A stretch of DNA of 64,000 nucleotides from Octopus sinensis (GCF_006345805.1 NC_043026.1:1736001-1800000); one strand, 5' to 3'; positions 24,469 to 38,293 are shown, counted from the stretch's first letter. Notes: a model not told the origin generated them from the sequence alone. Numbers and translations: made by a program.

Positions 24469-25684
24469 ACTAGTCTGCAGTAAGAGTCCTCGTCTTCAGT
24501 TTGTCTCTTACGAGTTCACCAGCAATGCCATCCTCCTCACAATTTACTTTAGCTGGACTGGGGGCCTCATCTTGATTGTTGCTTTCACTGCATTTCAGTT
24601 GGTCTATTCTCCAGCCTTCTTCAGGTGTCTTGTGTCAAACTCAGTTGTTGTATCAGAATTTCAAACTTAACTCTTTATTTGATCTACAGGGAGGGGGGGG
24701 GCACTATTTTCATTCACGGAGGTTTGTGGCTTAGTGGTTAGGGTGTCAGCATCATGATCATAAGATTGTGGTTTTGATTCCTGGACTGGGCGATACATTG
24801 TGTTCTTGAGCAAAACACTTCATTTCACATTGCTCCAGTCCACTCAGCTGGCAAAAATGAGTAATTCTGTGATGGACTGGCGTCCCTTCCAGGTGGGGAA
24901 TTTATCTGCCATGGAAACCGAGAAACTGACCTTTATGAGTCAGCTTGACTCGAGAAGGTAACTTTACTGTTCTCATTCCATTGAATAAAAAAATGTCATG
25001 CCTCAAAATGCAGAGATCGAATGAATGTGGACCAAATAAAGGGTTAGGTTTGAAATTCCAATACAACAACCGATTTCAACACAAGACTCCTAAAGAAGAT
25101 TGGAGAGTACAGCAGCCAAAACATGGTGAAAGCATCAGTCAAGATGAGGGCACAAGTCCAACTAATGTAAATAGTGTCCATCATATAAGTTGCTCATCTC
25201 AGAAATATAAAATTGTATTAGACTATAGTTTATATTTAAATCTTGGGACAGAATTCTTTGCCTTCAGATAAAGTTTTGCTCCTTCTATAAGTCACATTCC
25301 AGTTTTTCAGTTAAAAATCAAGTATAAATCTTTTTTTACTGCTTTTGCAGATTCCCATGACTCTTTCTTTCCCTCCAATTCCATTATTATGAATTGGAAT
25401 TGGGAACTTGAGTCATATTGAATCTTTCATTAGTTGATTCCACAACCATGGATGCCACCCCTGTGGATGTATTGCACTTACTCTCTTGATAGAGCTTGGT
25501 GATCCTGTCCGTTGATGCTTCTAGGATTGCTTCACTCAGCATCAATGTAAGAAGCACCGTTGGCTCAGTTGAGCTCTTCTGCTACTTTTTCCCAATCTGC
25601 CTTGTCGCAGTCTCCTGACTTCACTGTATCCCTGGAAAGGTGGCTGAACAGGTGCTATGCCTTGCCAAAGAGCAGCCTGTAACT
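24469..25684 (-). pseudogene. Two-exon spliced pseudogene remnant (exons 25482-25684 and 24469-24683), product unidentified, weakly Myb/SANT-like
   Basis: ttgcag acceptor, gtaagt donor and polypyrimidine-ctgtag acceptor; phase 2 joins in frame; six internal stops, five of them TGA. Confidence 0.5.
24718..24968 (+). mobile_element. tRNA-derived SINE; related copies at about 15330-15600 and 9340-9622 (minus)
   Basis: tggcttagtggttaggg A box, ttttgattcc B-box-like, cttgagcaaaacactt central domain. Confidence 0.65.
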
Positions 25685-25754
25685 CTGCAAGACACAGTCA
25701 TCACCCATACACAAGTAAATATGATAATCATCTTCATCATGGTGTTGAATACTT

Positions 25755-25963
25755 TAACTCTTTAGCTTACAGGTTACTCTGTCAAGTCTATTGCTTATTG
25801 TCCACATTATTTTGAATTAACCCTGTGTTATTTTGTAGCTTCAAGTTTTCTATGATGTGTTTGTTTAGTTTTGGAGGTGAGAGGCCAGATCTGACCAGTT
25901 TCAGCACATGACAGGTAGAATATTTGGGCTGGGCATGGCTGGCTTAAATGCTAAAGAGTTAAG
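25755..25963 (+). mobile_element. About 210-bp piggyBac-like MITE; further copies at about 54215-54600, 58945-59330 and 63108-63325
   Basis: Ends ttaacyctttagc...gctaaagagttaa (TTAA plus CCCTT-like TIR); repeated body cattcagattactctgtcaaatg. Confidence 0.55.
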
Positions 25964-26779
25964 GTTATCTAATATTATTCAACATGGTTGTGTTCTTAAG
26001 AAGTTCACTTCCTAACCACATAATTTCTGCTTCAATCCCACTGAATAGTACCCCTGTAACTTAGCAGTTCAAAAGAGACCAATAGAATAAGTACTAGACT
26101 TACAAAGAATAAGTCCTGGGGTCGATTTGTTTTACTAAGAGCAGTGCTCCAGTATGGCTGCAGTCAAATGATTGAAACAAGTAAAAGAATAAAAAAAATA
26201 TATATTCACCATCATTTTTCCATGATGTCCAATTTTGTAATTAATAAATAATCATTGATTTAATTTTCTTATATATGCGTGTGTGTGTGTGTGTGTGTTT
26301 GTTTGTTCCTCACTACTGCTTGACAGCTGGTGTTGGTGTGTTTATGTTCCTTTAACTTAGCTGTTTGACAAAAGAGACTGATAGAATAAGTACCAGGTTT
26401 AAGAATAAAAAAAAAGTCATTCAACTAAAAATTCAAGGCAGTACTGTAGCATGGCCACAGTCTAATTATTGAAAAGAAAATGCACCATTCGAGTGCTGGG
26501 TCTAATGGAGGCAGTGATAGATGAACAAGACCTTTGGTGATTTCATTTGCTTGTATTGACCTTTCAAGCCCAGTGTCAGATCAATGCCACCCGTGATGGT
26601 GGCATGTAAAATGCACCCACTACACTCTTGGAGTAGTCGACATTAGGAAGGGTATCCAGCCATAGAAACCTTGCCAGATCAGATCGGAACCTGGTGCAGC
26701 CTCCTGGCTTACCAGTTTTTAGTCAAACTATCCAACCCATGCTAGCAAGGAAAGTGGACGTTCAATGATGAGGATAATA

Positions 26780-27143
26780 TCTCTATATATAAACGGCAAA
26801 ATGTCTGTCTGCGTGTGTGTCCTTTATACAAATTCACAATTTTTCAGTTAGAGAGCTTGCACTTTCTATGGTCATTCAAAACTGTCCAAGGGTGGTCGTG
26901 CACATCTTTACATTTCCCAGTCACCCCGCAAAGCCATAAAAAAATCAATAGAAGTGATTTTTTGTGAATTTTCTATCCAAAACCGAATCAAAAGGCCCGA
27001 AACTTGATACGCCAATTGAATGCCAGCTAGCTGTATGTGATTGGTCGGAAACTTGGACAGTACTCGCGTGTATGTGCGCACGCACGCAGCTGTATATGCA
27101 TGCACTAGCACTATGAACCGGCAACGCCGGGTCATAGTGCTAA
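26780..27143 (+). mobile_element. Short non-autonomous Helitron
   Basis: A|TC start, same 3' hairpin (gcactatgaaccggcaacgccgggtcatagtgc) ending CTAA|T. Confidence 0.7.
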
Positions 27144-30100
27144 TAAAAGATAAAGGACAAGCCCACATTGCTCAATATATTGTAACTGATATTGAAATAG
27201 TTGGGAAATCTCTGATAATATCGTCTGCTGAATTAGGACTGTTCAGAGAAGTTAAAATAGTATTTCTCTAAAGTTCTTGTTTCCGTGCAATTACAAAACG
27301 TCCCAGATTCAAAGTTCCAACATTGACACACTGAGTTCACTCCCTTTAACTTCCGGTGCTTTTTTTTTCTTCTTCTTTCATTGATGACAGAAAGTTGAGC
27401 ATCAAAAGTTGTGTGACTGCATCTCTCCGTCTCCAGCATCACTTACTACATTGCACCGCACCGCACTGCATATTGCTGCACTGTCAGCCCATTGCCTGTT
27501 GCCTCTTTCTTTCATTTCACCCTTCACTCTTCTTCGATGATTTGAAGATCGCTAAAACATCATTCTGGCTCCAGTATTTTGTATTATGTATGTATGAAAT
27601 TTAAATCTCCTGCTTTAGCCATTATGAACACATCGATATATATATATATATATCTATCTCCCTCTCTCTCTCTCTCTCTCTTTCTATATATATATATATA
27701 TAATATATATATATATATATACACACATACACACACACACATATATATATATATAGGATGTTTCATAAGGATGCGGAAACACAGCAAGCAAAACGTGTCC
27801 CATCTTTATAAGATATCCCAAGTATGTTGTGTATGTATTTATGTATATCGGCGTGTTGTGTGTGTATCTTTTACTTGTTTCAGTACTTTGACTACGGCTT
27901 TGGTATTCAATGCATTAATATGGGCAATAAATGACGCTGGATGTCATTTATTGCACATTAATTATCGAATACCATTCTTCCTCCCTTTGAGCAAACTCGA
28001 AACTTTGCTAATCACTTTTTAATTGCTAATAATTACAGTTAAAAACAGAAGTGGAATTTAGCAAAATCCTTTGATCGTTAAAGCGTCGAACAAAATGCCT
28101 TTGGGTTCTGTGTTGAAATCCCGCCAAGATTGATAGAGTGTTTCGTCCTTCAGAGGCCAATAAAACAAGGTTCCAATTACAACGCCGAAATAACTACCAA
28201 ATCCAGTTAATTTGTGGTCAAAGGTTCATCAGTCGCGACCATTGTGTCTTTGAATTGATGAAATTGCGCATAAATATAAGTAAAACAAGAGGTCTTAATT
28301 ATTATACCCATCTACAGTGTCCAATATATCATTTCCTTGTTCCCAAGACGGTAGGGCTTGATTTGAGGGAAATCTGGCTGTTATTTCCAACAGCTCTTGT
28401 TACCACGTAGATGTCTTTCTTATTGGCTCATGCATACATAAGTCAGGAGGGTGTGATTCGAGAGAGCTTTCTGTGCTTTCTATGAAGTCTAGCTACCGTA
28501 TAGAAGCCTCTCCCATTAGCTCAAAGGTGCATATATGCATATTACAGTATGTGTCATGTGAAAGAGATTTGGCTGTTGTTTCTAACAGCTCTTGCTACAG
28601 TCCAGACATCTCTCATCGGCGTATACATACATATATACATCCGTAAGTCAAGTAGGGCGTGCATTCAGTGAAATTTCGTTACTGTTTCCACCCGGTTTGG
28701 CTGTCATGTAAAAGTCTTTGTTGGTTCATACATAGCGAGTTTTGGCTGCTATTTCTCGCAGATTGAGTAAGAAGAGATTATTGTCGGCTTATTCATACAT
28801 ATTACATACTTTCGCAAAAGTGTTAGGCACCCATACTAATCTTCCAATTTCATTTAATTATGTGACCAGAAGGTTAATAAATTATGACAAATATCCTATT
28901 ATATATTTTTAACGTGATTTTATACGTTGTCGCTCCACTTTTTTCCTCTAATTGCAGCGGTATATACCTTGGCATAAAATGTACCAAATTTTCTCAAATT
29001 TTTGGAGTTATTTTCTTCCATTTAGGTTGCAGGTTTTGAGACGTTCCTTGTTTAGTTTCTGTATTAGATCTCCATAAGGCTTTCTTTTGCACTTGCTACA
29101 GTTATTCCATAGCAGTCGTTCTCAACGGGGGTGCATATGACCCCTGCAGGTCCGTCTAAGCTTTTTGAGGGTCCACACAAGCAAAGTAGAAAATTTGAGA
29201 TCATGTTGGTATTTTAAGGGTCCCTGAAAAGCTTCAGATGTATTTATTTTATGTTTAACATGTTTCTGGCCTTTGGGTGTGCTTTTGCAATCCTGCACAA
29301 GTGAATGTGTGAAAAACAAAATAGTGTATTATAAAAGAGGGAATAAAGTTCTAGTTAAAGCAATCATCTGTAGCAAATAGAAGAACTCATCTGATAAATA
29401 TAATTTAAAAGGATTCTACTATAGAAAATAAATAAAGGATCCATAATTAATTCTAATGTGGAATAATGTCCATTGATTGCGTGACTGATTTAAAGCAAGA
29501 TGCACATTTTCCTTATTAACTTTTGGTGTGCTTTCACTGTGAGGTGGACTTTTGGTGGTCAGTTGACCAGAAGGTGTGAAGTTAGGCAATGAAGAACTAA
29601 AGTCTGTGAAGTCATGACGAAGAACTACATTACACAAGACATCCAGCCACTAGTGTAGCTAGAGTGAGTACCGTCTGAGGCTTGCCACCCCCCAAACACA
29701 TTGCTTACAGCAGACCCGAAGGTGCTGCCTGGGGTGGACTGTTTCTACCACTCCCCCCCCCCCATGACTACTTCTTCTCTGGGCTGGGCTGGTCTGTGCT
29801 TTCCCACCTGCTGACCTGGCTGTTGGAGCTCTGAGCTATCAACCACCTGCTTTAGAACTCCCATTCTGGCTGCTCATATTCTTGGTTGTGATCTGTCATT
29901 TGTTACTCAACATTCATGACCGTTGGTGAGGAAAGGCATAAAAACTAAGTTGAAGATAGTAATTTTAGCTCTTTTTTATCCTTTTCTCTTCTGAGGATCA
30001 GATGCTAGCACTGGTTCATTATGGTGACAGGACCTGCAATTCTAGACCCTGGCAGTGCTGGTGCCATGTAAAACGCATCCAGTCCACACTGTAAAGAGGT

Positions 30101-33015
30101 TGGCATTTGGAAGGGTATGCCAAAACTGACTTCACCTGTGCTGTTGCCATGTAATAAGCACTCAGTTCACTCTGTGGGGTGATTGGTGTTAGGAAGGGTA
30201 TCCAGCTGTAAAAAACTATGCCAAAGTAGACACTGAGGTCTGGTGCAATCCCGTGCCTGGATGGCTCCTGTCAAACCATCCAAGCCATGCTAACATAGAA
30301 GGCAGACGTTAAATGATGATGATGATGATTTATCACAGTTGATCAGCCCATCAGGAGGAGGAAAAGACCTATTTCTTTTATTTTTCGTACTTGTTTCACT
30401 CATTTGACTGTGGCCATGCTGGGGAACCACTTTGAAAAATTTTATGCAAATGAATCAACCCCACTATTTGTTATTTTTTAAAGCCTGGTACTTATTCTAT
30501 TGGTCTCTTTTGCCAAACTGCCTAATTTACGGGAATATAAACACACCAACACTGGTTGACAAGTGGTGATATATATATACACACACACACAATGAGCTTC
30601 TTTCAGTGTCTGTCTACCAAATCCACTCACAAGGCCTTTGTCAACCTGAGGCTATAGGAGAAAACACCCAAGGTGCCACACATTTGGTTGGGAAGCAAGC
30701 TACTCACTACCCAGCCAGGCCTGCGGATTCTTATTCTTTTACTTTACAGCTGTAACAATTACAATAGACTCTTCCATAGTCACTAAAATAAAATAGATGG
30801 AACAGTCTCAGTTATTACTGAATTGCTGCTGTATTCTCCCTCAACTCTTTTTCTCTTTGCTGTATCAGGCATGTGCATAATTGTGTGTTTGAGAAGTTTG
30901 TTTCCCACCTACATGGTTCCAGGTTTAGTCCTACCACATGGAACTTTGGGCAATTGTCTTCCACTAAAGTCCTTGGCAGACTTGTGAGTGGATTTGGTAG
31001 ACGGAAATTGAATAAAGTTTGTCATATATTCTTTTACATGTTTCAGCACCACCAGTGCAATCACCTTTTCCATTGCCATTCTTATGCGATTGGCTTTTAG
31101 TGAAGGAGGGAGAGCGACACTGCTGCCCTCTGTTGAGTTTCTTGCCATATATTGGTTCATCTGGAACCTTGGACAGAAAGAGGTGAAGTTGTTTCTCGAA
31201 ACATCTACCCTTACTCCATGAAGATCTCTCAGATGTTTTGGCAAGGCTTTGAATAGCTGTGGGCCCCTGAATCCCAAGCTACTGTAGTATATGGTCCTCA
31301 TTTTAGACGGGATAGCTGGGGTCTTTGGAATAATGCAGTGATGTCCATTTCAGGAGCTGGTATAGCCCTTTATGCCAAAACTTGGTGCCAACCTCCACCT
31401 CCAAATGTCGTGGTACCACCATGATATTGTAACAGATGGTTTAGATACACGGTACCTGTGTAGTAACAGTAAACAAGATAACAATGCAGCCATAATAACA
31501 ACGTAACGATTCAAAGGAACACTAACCAACCGACACCTTCCAACTTCACCCTGAACTCAACTCGAACTAACACACAAAATTCACTCTGACTATTTATAAT
31601 CCCTGATCCAGTCTGTTTCTCGCAAGGGGGCATTGCGACTCTCATCACAACACAACCCCTCCAAAATCCTTCATAAGTATACCACTGCATATATATATGT
31701 AAATATATCTATTTCTTTACTACCCACAAGGGGCTAAACACAGAGAGGACAAACAAGGACAGACAAACGGATTAAGTTGATTACATCGACCCCAATGCGT
31801 AACTGGTACTTATTTAATCGACCCTGAAAGGATGAAAGGCAAAGTCGACCTCAGCAGATTTGGAACTCAGAACGTAATGGCAGATGAAATACCACTGAGC
31901 ATTTCGCCCGGCGTGCTCACGTTTCTATCTATATATCTACCGACCGACTGACCGATAAGTGTGTGTATGTTTGTTTCTCCTTGTCTTGACATTGCACAAT
32001 AGTTGTAAATCAGTGTCACCATTATAAAAGCAGTTTCATTCATTTTCCATCCGTCCCTGTATGTGTGTATGTGGTGGTGCACCAGAAGACTGGACCAGGT
32101 TCCATAGTCTGTTTTGGCCTGGCTTCTACAGCAGGATGCTCTTCCTAATGCCAACCACTTTACAGAGCAAACTGGGTTGGCTGCTTTTTACACGTACCAT
32201 TACCAGTGCTTTTTAAGTGACACCTTGGTTTTAAGATCACACACACACACAGTATTTTGTTTTCTTGCATTGCAGAACATACAAGAGTATGTTGAAGCAG
32301 ACTTTTCGGGGTCTTCATCTCCTTCCTGTCACCAACTCCAGCGTGTTTCCAAGTAATTATCTCTTAGTCTGATGAACAGCGAAAAGCATGAAAATGTTTA
32401 ATGCAGGGAACTGGAAAGAAAGGAGCCCTTTTTGTGTGCAAAGATTGCATTCCAAGATTTGTCAGGAAGCTATTGTTTACAAGGCAATGAATGCCACGTT
32501 GATACACAAACACATGGACACGTACATACATACATACATACACATACACATAAATACATACATACATACACATACATACATACATACATACATACATACA
32601 TACATACATACATACATACATACATACATACATACATACATACATACATACATACATACATACATACATACATACATACATACATACATACATACATACA
32701 TACATACATACATACATACATACATACATACATACATACACATACATACATACACACATATACAGTCAGTCAGTAAACAAGATAACAAATACATGCATAT
32801 ATATATTCTTTTACTCTTTTACTTGTTTCAGTCATTTGACCCTGGCCATGCTGGAGCACTGCCTTTAGTCAAACAAATCAACCCCAGGACTTATTCTTTG
32901 CAAGCCTAGTACTTATTCTATTGGCCTCTTTTGCTGAACTGTTAAGTTACAGGGATGTAAACACACCAACATCAGTATCAAGCAATGGTAGGGGTACAAA
33001 CACAGGTACACAAAG

Positions 33016-33060
<45 letters not shown>

Positions 33061-33784
33061 TTCTGTCTAGCAAATCCACTCACAAGGCTTTGGTCAACCC
33101 AAAGCTATAGTAGAAGAGACTTGCCCAAGGTGCCACCTGTGGGACTGAACCCGGAACCATGTGGTTGGGAAGCAAGCTTCTTACCACACAACCACTCATA
33201 CTTTTTAAACTAGAAACAGCTGTAAGCCAACGAAGGTCAGAGGATAATCATCCTTTGTCATCTCGGTTTCTTATTACTCTTTGTTCTGAAGCAGATGTGA
33301 CCAGGTTATTCGTCTGGCAATGCCTAAGTGAAATATGTATGTATGTGTGTGTGTATATATATATATATATACTGTTGTGTCTGGGGAGAGTCATTTTCTT
33401 TTTGTGCCTTATAATTTAACACACCCACCCTTAAAATTTCCACTTATTTTTATTTTCCTAAAATTTTCACTGCATCTTGCAACCTTTTCAATAGTCTTGG
33501 ATGAAATATATATATAGTCTCATTCTATGTCATGCTGAATACCCCTAAGAACTGCATTAAGGGTATGCATGTCTGTGGAGTGCTCAGCTACTTGCATGTT
33601 AATTTCACGTTCAGGCTGTTCCATTGATTGGATCAACTGGAACCCTGTTCATTGTAACTGACAGAATGTTGGTGTGGCCTCTTTTCTGAGGTCAAGCAAC
33701 AAAGTTTAGGTTCATGTCTAACCTTATCTTTTCCTTTTTTTCTTTTCCTTCCCATCAGTCTTAGCATTAACCTGATGCAACAAC

Positions 33785-33913
33785 ATGAAGTTGAATGACA
33801 ATGAAATGAATTTGGCATTAGCCTTGTCAGCAGGATTAGGAATAGGGATAACGTTGACTTTGTTATTCCAGAGGAAACTCTTTGCACGTACTCCAAAGTT
33901 CATGACAGATGAG
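33785..33913 (+). CDS. PTRH2: Peptidyl-tRNA hydrolase 2, first coding exon with N-terminal transmembrane anchor (MKLNDNEMNLALALSAGLGIGITLTLLFQRKLFARTPKFMTDE)
   Basis: Long polypyrimidine tract and cag acceptor (exon starts 33759), ATG in aacATG context, Gly-rich hydrophobic helix followed by basic residues, donor gag|gtaagt, phase 0 joining 38294. Confidence 0.85.
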
Positions 33914-35196
33914 GTAAGTTTATGAAGAATCCCATATAATTTTTGTCTCCTCCTCATTGTCAGTTTATGCCAGATCCAACGTGAGATTATCACAAGTTAC
34001 TCTTTCATAATCATCATCGTCATCACCATTGTTTCACGTCTGTCTTTCCATGCTGGCATGGGTTGGATGGCTTGATAGGAGCTGGGAAGATCTGCACCAG
34101 GCTTCAGTCATCTGTTTGGGTATTGCTTCTACAGCTGATGCCCTTCCTAACGCCAACCATTTTACAGAGTGAACTGCCTGCTTTTTTACGTGGCTCTGAC
34201 ATGGGTACTTTCTTACCTGGCGTTGGCACATGTACTTTTTTATGTGACACCAGTACGGATGTTGTCCCATGTGGTGCTGGCACCAGCATGGGTGCATTTT
34301 TACAGAACACCAGCACCTGTGGGATGACCAGAGGGGATACTTGGCTTCTCCATTAGGACAAAGAAGTGGTGGGAAGATGTGATTGCTGCTGCAAAGGACA
34401 TTCCTGTCTGTGTGGGTGACCCTGATTTTGCTTAGCCTGATGTGTCTTCTCAAGCAGAGCAAACTACCAGAGGTCATCTCACAGAGGTGATGCTCAACCT
34501 CATAAAGTTTTATTAAACTTATTGTGTATGACTCTTATATAGGTGCAAGCATGGCTGCGGGGTTAAAAAGGTCGCTTCCAAGCCGTATGGTTTCTGGTTC
34601 AATCCCACTCTGTGGTGCCTTGGACAAGTATCTTCTGCTACAGCCATAGGCTGACTAAAGCCTTCTGAGTAAATTTGGTGAATGGAAACTGAAAGAAACT
34701 CATTGTGCATATATGTATAGTTCTTTCTCTCTCACTCTCTTTTTCTATCTTTCTATGATGGATTCAAGTGACTGTTCAATAAAATAAAGCAGTAGTCATG
34801 TTCAATGGACACAAACGTGTCTCTTGAGGTCTGCTGGTGTCTTGCAAACCATTTGGCAAAGGGAACAAGTTGAGGACTCAGTTTGCTCACGTGCTTGTGA
34901 ATCATTTACTATGTATTTTGTTGAGTGGACAGCAAGACCTGCTTTGCTTCATGCCACAAAACCAAAGTCACAGGTAAGGTTTCCATTTAGAGCAGCGGCA
35001 TTTTGCCAGAATGTGTTCATGCTTGCATGACGTTGGTCCCAACATTGGAGTTGACTTTGCTTAAATTTCTCCCCCCCCCACTCTATCTATCCATGTATAT
35101 GTATATATATACATACAGATATGTTTTTTGTTATTGTGCATATACGTGTATGTGTGTGTTTGTGTCTTCTTATCTTGATATTGTGTGATGATAGGA

Positions 35197-35570
35197 GTGG
35201 CTGTGTGGTAAGTAGCTTGTTTACCAACCACATAATTCCGGGTTCAGTCTCACTGCGTGGCACCTTGGGCAAGTGTCTTCTACTATAACCTCGGGCTGAC
35301 CAAAGCCTTGTCTGTGGATTTAGTAGACGGAAACTGCAAGAGGCCTGTTGTATATATGTATGTGTGTTTGTGTGTCTGTGTTTGTCTCCCCAACATCGCT
35401 TGAGAACCGATGCTGGTGTGTTTATGACCCCGTAACTTAGTGGTTCGGCAAAAGAGACTGCTAGAATAAGTACCAGGCTTACAAAGAATAAGTCCTGGGG
35501 TCGATTTGCTCAACTAAAGGTGGTGCTCCAGCATGGCTGCAGTCAAATGACTGAAACAAGTAAAAGAGAG
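35197..35570 (+). mobile_element. tRNA-derived CORE-type SINE (octopus OR-like), the most abundant family here; further copies include 30380-30720, 32800-33195, 45838-46205, 46820-47350, 48256-48420, 50296-50680, 56170-56450, 58580-58920 and 61000-61345
   Basis: A/B-box-like head, CORE-like gtggcaccttgggcaagtgtctt, variable TA/TG spacer, tail ending ctgaaacaagtaaaag. Confidence 0.8.
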
Positions 35571-35769
35571 TGTCACTGTCATCCAATTTTCTATGAAAAA
35601 AACGTGTTCTGCCATTGGCAAATAATACTCCCTCTTTTGATAACCACTTTCTTCACCTAGACCTCCTTCCACCAAGTAGAAGGGGATATAGCTTCACATG
35701 GGGTAGAAGACAACTGGAGGACTATGATAAATAGGAATTTATCATAGTCCTCCAGGCAATAACGGAAGA

Positions 35770-37345
35770 ATTCAAGACAGAATGCCCCTGGGAGCTCCTC
35801 TATGCTGATGACCTTGCTCTAATTGCTGAGTCACTATCAGAACTGGAGGAGAAGTTCCAGGTGTGGAAGGAGGGTTTAGAATCGAGGGGCCTAGCTCGAG
35901 GGGCCTAGTCAACCTAGCTAAAACCAAAGTACTAATAAGTAGGAAGGAAGACAATCCACAAATGTCTTCAGGAAGATGGCCCTGCTCGATCTGTAGAAAA
36001 GGTGTAGGTAGAAACTCTATAAGATGCACCAAGTGTAAGCTATGGACACATAAGAGGTGCAGCAATATCAAAGGAAGGCTAACTGGGAGGATAGTTTTCG
36101 TATGTGGCAGATGCTTGGACGCTATAAATAACACTGAAAATGTCCAGAGAACAACTTCCGCCACATTCCAGGGAGAAAAACTAGAAGTAGTTGATAGCTT
36201 CCGTTACCTAGGTGACCAAGTTAGTAGCGGAGGAGGGTGCACTGAAAGTGTAGCTGCTAGAATAAGAATAGCCTGGGCTAAGTTCAGAGAGCTCTTACCT
36301 CTGCTGGTGACAAAGGGCCTCTCGCTCAGAGTAAAAGGCAGATTGTATGACGCATGTGTACGAACAGCTATGCTAAATGGCAGTGAAACATGGGCTGTGA
36401 CTGCTGAGGATATGCGTAAGCTCGCAAGGAATGAAGCCAGTATGCTCTGATGGATGTGTAATGTCAGTGTGCATACTCAACAGAGTGTAAGTATCTTGAG
36501 AGAAAAGTTGGACCTAAGAAGCATCAGATGTGGTGTGCAAGAGAGACAACTGCGCTGGTATGGTCATGTGGTGAGAATGGATGAAGATAGTTGTGTGAAA
36601 AAGTGCCACACCCGAGCAGTTGAGGGAACCTGTGGCAGAGGTAGACCCAGGAAGACCTGGGATGAGGTGGTGAAGCATGACCTTCAAATATTGGGCCTCA
36701 CCGAGGCAATGACTAGTGACCGGGACCTCTGGAAATATGCTGTGCTTGAGAAGACTCGGCAAGCGCAAGTGTGACCATAACCTTGTGGCCTATGCTAGGG
36801 GTGTAACCAGTCCACTTATGTGTGCCTTTTCTTCATTGGACACTAAACTCTGCTTGCGAAGACCAGTTGAGGCAAGTGAAATCGAAGTCGAAATCAATTT
36901 CAGTGACTGGCATCCATTGCTAGTGGAGCGCTAAGAGTACCATATGAGTGAGATCGTTGCCAGAGCAACAAGCTCGCCTCTGTGCCAATGGCACGTTAAG
37001 CACACCATTCAAGTGTGATTGTTACCGCGTCGCCTTACTAGCACTTGAGCTGGTGGCATGTGAAATATTCGAGCGAGGTCGGCGCCAGTGCCGCTGGACT
37101 GGCTCTTGTGCAGGTGGCACGTAAAAAGCACCATTTGGGTGTGGCCATTGCCAGTATCACCAAACTGGCCCTCGTACCAGTGGTACGTAAAAGCACCCAC
37201 TACACTCTTGGAGTGGTTGGCGTTAGGAAGGGCATCCAGCTGTAGAAACTCTGCCAGATCAGACTGGAGTCTGGTTCGCCAGACCTCAGTCAAATCGTCC
37301 AACCCATGCTAGCATGGAAAGCGTATGTTAAATGACAATGATATA
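35770..37345 (+). mobile_element. 5'-truncated RTE-clade LINE
   Basis: ELLYADDL, RVKGRLYDACVRTAMLNGSETW and GRGRPRKTW motifs with premature stops; 3'UTR ending in the GAT-type tail. Confidence 0.92.
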
Positions 37346-38009
37346 TATATATATGTATGTATTTGTGTGTCTGTGTTTATCCCCCTCTACACCATCACTT
37401 GACAACCGATGTTGGTGTCTTTACATACTTGTAACTTAGTGGTCTGGCAAAAGAGACTGATAGAATAAGTACTAGGCTTACAAAGAATAAGTCCTGGGGT
37501 TGATTTGTTCGACTAAAGGCAATGCTCCAGCATGGCTGCAGTCAAGTGACTGAAACAAGTGAAAGAATAAAAGAACAGTCAAGATTTACGGTCCCTTTTT
37601 CGATACTGGCATGGGTTGGACAAATTGGTGAGAAGAGATGATCCAGCGGGCCCTGCCAGATTCTATGTCTGTCTTGGCATGGTTTTCCCTGGCTGGGATC
37701 CCCTTCTTAATGTCAACCACTCAACAGAGTGCACTAGTTGTATTGTATGTGGCACCTGCACCAGTGAGGTTGCCAAGTAGCTGCACGATAAGACCCCATC
37801 AACTGAGTGGGGTATAGATTGGAGGAATAAGAAACTATGATGGAAGGAGAGAGGCAAGTGTCTTGCTGAAGAGGTAATACATGGCTTGCCCAGCTGGAAA
37901 GTGAGAGAAACAAAGAGATGTGGGGTCGAGGTACTCCGTGAATTTGAGACAATAGGAAGTGCCCTGAGTGAAAGAGGATTAGAGATAATGGTGACAGCAA
38001 TTAGGATTG

Positions 38010-38270
38010 GCAATGATCATGATGAAGATGGTAATAATTATGACGAATGTTGATGATGGTAATTAAGATTGAGATGATGATGGTGATGTTGATGATATTG
38101 ATGATGATGGTAATGATGATGTCAATTATGATGGCAGTGGTAATAATGAGGATGGTGACGATTTTGATGATTATGATGATGATGTTGATGATGATAATTA
38201 CAAAGGAGATGATGATGTTGATGATTTCGCTGATGATGATGTTTGTGTTGGTGATGATGGTAATATTGAT
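38010..38270. repeat. Degenerate (GAT)n array immediately upstream of a PTRH2 acceptor; (GAT)n/(GGT)n arrays also at 52955-53170 and 53420-53480, and (TTA)/(TTG)n at 43650-43735
   Basis: Directly visible. Confidence 0.95.
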
Positions 38271-38293
38271 GTGTTTTCCTTTGTATGTTTCAG

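Noticed and set aside
24469-25684. Selenoprotein reading of the multiple in-frame TGA codons
   Set aside because: A TAG is also present, the paralogous copy shows CGA/CAA at those sites, and no SECIS was seen; CpG decay is simpler.
31457-31689. Solo LTR (TG...CA)
   Set aside because: No target-site duplication and no second copy in the window.
34824-34975. Cryptic PTRH2 cassette exon ending at cag|gtaagg
   Set aside because: Good donor but no convincing acceptor or homology; needs RNA evidence.
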